Positions 16,780-21,431 of a DNA stretch of 21,431 nucleotides are shown one piece after another. Each line of letters opens with the position of its first letter. Positions within the stretch are counted from its first letter, which is position 1. The translations under genes and the position numbers were made by a program. Source of the stretch: Pseudomonadota bacterium (GTDB lineage Bacteria; UBA10199; 2-02-FULL-44-16; JAAZCA01); contig JBDRBN010000090.1 in assembly GCA_043822785.1 (NCBI GenBank), forward strand, positions 1-21,431. The letters run 5' to 3'. The notes under the pieces were generated by a model. That model was not told the origin of the DNA. It was given only the letters and a program-made list of their open reading frames with translations, and made no database searches.

Positions 16780-17504
16780 CGATTATCCTTCTCGTAATAC
16801 CCTTGCTTTCGATTCGGAAACAAAAAGGAAACCCCTCCGCCCATCGACACATCTCCGCTCAAATCGTTTCTGTTACCAAGCGGCGTCATGTGGATGTAGG
16901 AGTCTATATCCAGGCGAAAGGCTATCCACGGCACAGGAAAATACATGCGCACGCCGCCGCCTATTACGCCCGTTGCCTCCCATTGCTGATTGATCTGCAT
17001 AGCGCCTGCGCCCAGCGTGAAGTAAAAATCCATGTTATACATCTTCTTGCCAATGCGCCATGCCGCAGGCGTGCTGAGCTGACAGAGCGCAGTTGCTATG
17101 TGTACGGCGTCGGTTCTGAGGCTGGCATAGAAAGGCGTATTCTTATCCACCACGATGGGGCTGTATTTGTATTGACCGCCAAATGCGAACATTTGATTTA
17201 GATGAAATAGATATTGTCCGCCGACATAGTAGGTGTTTTTCCAGTTTTCGCCCAGATAGTCGCCACCAACGATCGTGAACTCGTTTATATACCGGTCTGA
17301 GTAGTTTTCGCGTTCGTCCCAGCTGGGGCCAAACCTATCGCCCATCAGCACCCAGTTGTCGTCTTGTTTTTCTGATTCAGAAGACTCCTCTGCGACAGGG
17401 GTGGTTTCAGCCGGCTCCTTGGCTTTCTTTGCGTTTGCCGATTGAGTGATCAACAAGATGAAGATACAGGTGAGAATCAATAACAAAACACGACAAATAC
17501 GCAT
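16776..17504 (-). CDS. Outer-membrane beta-barrel domain protein
   Basis: Signal peptide MRICRVLLL...ANA; amphipathic strands DFYFTLGAG, IGGGVRMYF, IAFRLDIDSY, GGGVSFLFP. ATG 17504 preferred over the track start. Confidence 0.75.
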   Translation of the reverse strand: MRICRVLLLILTCIFILLITQSANAKKAKEPAETTPVAEESSESEKQDDNWVLMGDRFGPSWDERENYSDRYINEFTIVGGDYLGENWKNTYYVGGQYLFHLNQMFAFGGQYKYSPIVVDKNTPFYASLRTDAVHIATALCQLSTPAAWRIGKKMYNMDFYFTLGAGAMQINQQWEATGVIGGGVRMYFPVPWIAFRLDIDSYIHMTPLGNRNDLSGDVSMGGGVSFLFPNRKQGYYEKDNR

Positions 17505-17522
17505 CAACCCCCCCAAAGAGAT

Positions 17523-18959
17523 TTATTTTACGTTGCTTGCGTTTCTCGCGTTGCTTGCAAGGTCTTCTTTTGCCATCTTGCCAGAACGTGCTGCTGCCGC
17601 AGCCAGATCCTTTGTGACTTTCCAAGCGCTTCCTGGAAACTTGTGGCAGTTTGCCACAACGCTTTCAAACGCGCTTAAGAAACGCTCAACATGAGTCTCG
17701 TCAATAATCAGAGGTGGAAGCAGTTTAACGATATCCACATGGTGGCCTGCAACCTGGGTGAGTATGCGATGCTCTTTCATAAGAGGCACAACTATCATCT
17801 GGGCAAACAGACTTTTGTTCATGGCATGCACCATTTTCCAGCCCATCTTGAGTTTAAGAGATTTTGGCTCGCTGAATTCTATGCCTACCATGAGCCCTAG
17901 GCCGCGCACCTCTGAGAGCATCTCGTATTTTTCCTGCATCGCCCTTAGACCATCTGTGAGAAGCCTTCCCATGTTTGCTGCGTTCTCTACGATTTTCTCT
18001 TCCTCCATCACATCAAGGGTTGCTAGACCAGCTGCCATGGCCATGATGTTTCTGCCAAACGTGTTGGAGTGCACCACACAGTGCTCCATATCTGTGAACA
18101 CTTTGTCATATATCCAGGTGCGATAGCAGACAACGCCTATTGGGATGTAGCCGCCAGAGAGTGCCTTAGCTGCGGTTACTATATCGGGTTTAAGGCCCCA
18201 ATGGTGGTGGGCGAACATCTTGCCTGTGCGGCCGAATCCGGTTTGCACCTCGTCGCATATTAAGAGCGCGCCATATTTTCTGCAAAGCGCCTCTGCATCG
18301 GTGTAGAACGTGGGGTCTGCAACATACACGCCCTTGCCCTGAACAGGCTCAAACATAAACGCAGCAACATCACCCCTTTTGAGTTCGTCCTCCAAAGCGG
18401 TGAGGTCGCCCATGGGTATCATGGTGGCGCCAGGTAAGAGTTCTCCAAAACCTTTTTTGAATTCTGTGCCGCCGTTTAGAGCGAGCGAGCCTGTGGTGAG
18501 ACCGTGGAATGCATGATCCCAATATATGATGCGCGTCTTTCCTGTGGCTTTGCGCGCGAATTTTATTGCGCCTTCATTTGCTTCTGTTCCTGAGTTTGTG
18601 AAAAAGAGCTTATCCACGCCTTCTGGCATGTAAGAGAGGATGCGCTCTGCCAAAAGGCCTGCGGCAAGCGGCGCATCCATCTGCACCATGTTTGGGTAAT
18701 CCAGCTCTAAGGCATCGTGCAGTGCCTGCTTTATTTTGGGATGCGAACGGCCAAGCGCAAACACGCCATAGCCTGCGAGCATATCCAGATAATCGTTTCC
18801 TTGCTCATCGTAGAGAAGCGGTCCCTCGGCGCGCACGTAATTGCGGTCAAAGCCGATTGTGCGCAAGACCCGAACCAGTTGCGGATTGATATTGCGGCCA
18901 AACAGCTCATGGCCCCGGCCTGCATGCGCATCTAAAAGTTTTTTGATCTCAGTGGTCAT
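17523..18959 (-). CDS. hpnO: Class III PLP aminotransferase, HpnO-like (aminobacteriohopanetriol synthesis)
   Basis: YLDMLAGYGVFALGRSHP, NSGTEANE, DEVQTGFGRTG, AKALSGG, CVVHSNTFG, LFAQMIVVPLMKEHRILTQVAGH. Start MTTEIKK at 18959. Family is secure; the hpnO assignment is less so. Confidence 0.75.
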   Translation of the reverse strand: MTTEIKKLLDAHAGRGHELFGRNINPQLVRVLRTIGFDRNYVRAEGPLLYDEQGNDYLDMLAGYGVFALGRSHPKIKQALHDALELDYPNMVQMDAPLAAGLLAERILSYMPEGVDKLFFTNSGTEANEGAIKFARKATGKTRIIYWDHAFHGLTTGSLALNGGTEFKKGFGELLPGATMIPMGDLTALEDELKRGDVAAFMFEPVQGKGVYVADPTFYTDAEALCRKYGALLICDEVQTGFGRTGKMFAHHHWGLKPDIVTAAKALSGGYIPIGVVCYRTWIYDKVFTDMEHCVVHSNTFGRNIMAMAAGLATLDVMEEEKIVENAANMGRLLTDGLRAMQEKYEMLSEVRGLGLMVGIEFSEPKSLKLKMGWKMVHAMNKSLFAQMIVVPLMKEHRILTQVAGHHVDIVKLLPPLIIDETHVERFLSAFESVVANCHKFPGSAWKVTKDLAAAAARSGKMAKEDLASNARNASNVK

Positions 18960-19097
18960 ACGGCCGGCATACGTAACAGAAACGGGAGTTTGAGGCAATT
19001 CAATAAAGCGAGACCGACAAAACCAGCGAGAAAGGTGAGAAAGGGGGCTTTGGCCCCGATGAATAAAACAACCCACCTCTCACAAAAAGCATCTTGG

Positions 19098-19114
19098 GGT
19101 CGCAAATTGCGACC
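19098..19114. promoter_or_regulatory. 17 bp operator-like palindrome
   Basis: GGTCGCAA-A-TTGCGACC, 8 bp arms with a 1 nt centre. Confidence 0.35.
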
Positions 19115-19123
19115 ACCTTTTCT

Positions 19124-19927
19124 TCAATTAACCTTCCATACGCCGTTTTTCTGAATCATGCTTTGCGCAGATTTTTCGCCATCCTCCTGAAGTATTACCA
19201 CAGCGCGCGCGCCGCGGATGAACACCCTGTTGATCTTCTGCTCAAGCTGTAAAGGATCGGTCTTCCACCTCTCGTTGATCGGGCTGTTTTGTGTTGGTTC
19301 AAAGTCGCCTAGAGACAGTGCTTTATAATATGCAATGAGCGCCTGGGCAGGCGCGCTTTTGGCAGCCTTAGCGCCAGTGAGTTTTGCTGTTATCTTTTCA
19401 TCGTGAAACAGCGGTGCACTAAAAGAGACAAAAAACTCAAAAGGTGGAATATCCTTAGAAAACCCTTGAGACTCTGATTTATAAGCAGCCTTGCCTCCAA
19501 CCCGATTATTTCCCATCATAAAGTCCCCAACTCCGCCCTGGCCACTACTGATAAACGAGATAAGCGAGGACTTGGGCTTGGCAGGCCTGAAAAGCAGCGT
19601 GCCGGACATGCCGGCAGACGGATTTTTGGGATCGAGCTTGATAAGAACTCCGCGCACCTTACCCTCTCTCACCCATCCATCAATCCTCATCAAAGCATCG
19701 TATCCAGATAGCAACTCCTGCGGAACCTCCTGGTCGGTCAAAAGAATTCTGAGCTCTGGTCCATTCAGCAATTCCTCTTCATTGTTGTATTTATGAGCGT
19801 AGGCGTGCTTAAGTTCAATTTGATGCTTGCCAACTTTTAAGGTTCCGGTGGCCCTGCCCGGATCAATTGCAAAAGATGTATTCAACATGTATCCCAAGAG
19901 CAGTGCTACCAACAATATCCTTTTCAT
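19124..19927 (-). CDS. Hypothetical secreted protein
   Basis: SD GGAGGT before ATG 19927; signal peptide MKRILLVALLLGYMLNTSFA; C-terminus ...QKNGVWKVN resembles NTF2/DUF4878-type ends. Confidence 0.75.
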   Translation of the reverse strand: MKRILLVALLLGYMLNTSFAIDPGRATGTLKVGKHQIELKHAYAHKYNNEEELLNGPELRILLTDQEVPQELLSGYDALMRIDGWVREGKVRGVLIKLDPKNPSAGMSGTLLFRPAKPKSSLISFISSGQGGVGDFMMGNNRVGGKAAYKSESQGFSKDIPPFEFFVSFSAPLFHDEKITAKLTGAKAAKSAPAQALIAYYKALSLGDFEPTQNSPINERWKTDPLQLEQKINRVFIRGARAVVILQEDGEKSAQSMIQKNGVWKVN

Positions 19928-20084
19928 GAAACCTCCCCCGAAAGGACTGTAGTTTTTGAATAAAAGGCTCATACTAAATTTGGATATAAACATAAATATT
20001 TACTTGAAAATCGTTATTTTCGGAGTAGTTTATCGCGCGTCAATTAAGCCCACCGCAAAAAATTAAGATGGGCAAGGAGGATAT

Positions 20085-20279
20085 ATGGTTGAAAAAAGAA
20101 GTGGAACACAAGGAAAAACAAGCAGTTTTCTAGATTTCTCAAATCCAGAAGTGTTTGAATCCATCAAGAAGCGTGCATATGAGTTATATTGCAAGAGGGG
20201 TCAGACACCAGGCAACGACATGAAAGACTGGCTGGAAGCTGAAAAACAGGTAAAAAGAGAACTTAGAATTTCACGCTAG
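20085..20279 (+). CDS. DUF2934 domain-containing small protein
   Basis: SD AAGGAGG; IKKRAYELYCKRGQTPGNDMKDWLEAEKQV fits the IxxRAYxLyxxRG...DWLxAE pattern. Confidence 0.9.
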   Translation: MVEKRSGTQGKTSSFLDFSNPEVFESIKKRAYELYCKRGQTPGNDMKDWLEAEKQVKRELRISR

Positions 20280-20314
20280 CCACGCTGCGCAGGGCTACTC
20301 ACGCTGAGGCGCGC

Positions 20315-21244
20315 TTACACATGCTGTATCCAGCCCTCTTTTAGCCCTGCTCGATGCAGGGCGTTTTCTGCTTCTTTGAACTCCTGCTTTGTAATCCTTC
20401 TGCCCAAGGGGGGGTCGCCTACAGCCTCATGCGCAGGAAAGTACTGGCTCATAAGATTTACAGGCACATCTGTTCCTAGCTCTTTGCTGATAAATTCAAA
20501 CACCTCTTTGGAATGAGCTAAGCCTCCAGGTAATACCAGATGGCGAATCAAAAGCCCTCGCTTGCCCACGCCGTCTTCGTCCATCTCAAACGCGCCTACT
20601 TGGCGATACATCTCCTTAACTGCCGGTCGCACCACATCCCAATAGTTTGGCGCTTGCGAGCAGCGCTCTGCAGCATCTCTTGTGGCATACTTTATGTCGG
20701 GCATGTAGATATCGATGACTCCATCAAGTAGCCTAAGCGCATCCATTCCTTCAAATCCGCTGGAGTTATAGACGATAGGAAGCCTAAGCCCACCCTTTGC
20801 GGCAATGGTCAGCGCTGCTAAAAATTGAGGTACTACATGCGATGGAGTGACAAGGTTGATGTTGTGCGCGTCCCTCTTTTGTAAGCCCAGCATCATCTGC
20901 GCAAGTCGATGGGGTTTGACTTTTTCGCCATGGCGCAGCTGGCTTATGGGATAGTTTTGGCAAAACCGGCAGTGCATGTTGCAGCCAGCAAAGAAGATGG
21001 TGCCAGATCCGCGCGTACCTGATATGGGAGGCTCTTCGCCAAAATGCAGGTTGTGGCTGGCAACGCCTGCGAATTTTCCGATGCCGCAAAAGCTCTTCTC
21101 ATCTTGCAGCCTGTTGATGCCACAGTTGCGAGGGCATAGCCTGCACTCTTTCATTGCGGCATATGCACGCCCCGCACGCCTTGCCAACTCACCACTTTGG
21201 AAAAGGGAGAGGTAGGATGGATATGTTGCAAAGTTATTCGGCAT
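20315..21244 (-). CDS. Radical SAM protein, PflX family
   Basis: CRLCPRNCG, HFGEEPPISG, FFAGCNMHCRFCQN (CxxxCxxC), HNINLVTPSH, DIYMPDIKY, IRHLVLPG. Start MPNNF at 21244. Confidence 0.92.
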   Translation of the reverse strand: MPNNFATYPSYLSLFQSGELARRAGRAYAAMKECRLCPRNCGINRLQDEKSFCGIGKFAGVASHNLHFGEEPPISGTRGSGTIFFAGCNMHCRFCQNYPISQLRHGEKVKPHRLAQMMLGLQKRDAHNINLVTPSHVVPQFLAALTIAAKGGLRLPIVYNSSGFEGMDALRLLDGVIDIYMPDIKYATRDAAERCSQAPNYWDVVRPAVKEMYRQVGAFEMDEDGVGKRGLLIRHLVLPGGLAHSKEVFEFISKELGTDVPVNLMSQYFPAHEAVGDPPLGRRITKQEFKEAENALHRAGLKEGWIQHV

Positions 21245-21250
21245 AAAAAG

Positions 21251-21265
21251 ATATATATATATATA
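21251..21265. repeat. (AT)7A microsatellite
   Basis: ATATATATATATATA separated by 6 nt from the radical SAM ATG. Confidence 0.9.
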
Positions 21266-21355
21266 CGATTTACCTATAAATCCTAAATTCCACTGTTGTT
21301 GCGTTAGAGGTGTTAACTGGTTGAAATATAAGAATTCATTTTTCTCATGTCTAGG

Positions 21356-21431
21356 TGTCATTGCGAGGAGCGTTTAGCGACGAAGCAATCTCCTGCAAAC
21401 ACAGGTTATAAGGGGATTGCTTCGCTTTGCT
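21356..21431. repeat. Second GTCATTGCGAG-type palindromic element, truncated by the window edge
   Basis: TGTCATTGCGAGGAGC...CGAAGCAATC...GATTGCTTCG; first 16 bp identical to 14951-14966. Confidence 0.85.

Noticed and set aside
15031..18959. DHS-like gene plus class III aminotransferase as a novel polyamine operon
   Set aside because: They are separated by an oppositely oriented gene and a repeat, and the aminotransferase looks HpnO-like; nothing supports co-transcription.

Overview
Bacterial chromosomal segment, mostly housekeeping genes. Gene content (HpnO/MMPL hopanoid-type genes, a myxobacterial-type beta-barrel and lipoprotein, an Rsm22-like protein, PflX) suggests a deltaproteobacterial-type (Myxococcota/Bdellovibrionota-like) diderm; this is inference. 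Order: 5' part of an IS110-family (IS1111-group) element running off the left edge and missing from the ORF track; structured GC-rich spacer; Rsm22-like methyltransferase (-); MFS transporter (+); tRNA-Leu(GAG) with a duplicated 3' end bracketing a structured ~175 bp insert; gap-pgk-tpiA-secG operon (-); MMPL/RND transporter (-); 255 bp hairpin element; mnmE, a lipoprotein gene and mnmG (+); deoxyhypusine-synthase-like gene (-); small lipoprotein (+); beta-barrel and HpnO-like aminotransferase (-); secreted hypothetical (-); DUF2934 (+); PflX radical SAM (-). The most notable signals are non-coding: the IS1111 left end and its flank, the tRNA-linked insert, the long hairpin element, GTCATTGCGAG palindromic elements, and 7-mer/9-mer repeats, two of which supply protein C-termini. 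I found no clear-cut new multi-gene system. All calls come from motif recognition by eye, with no database searches.
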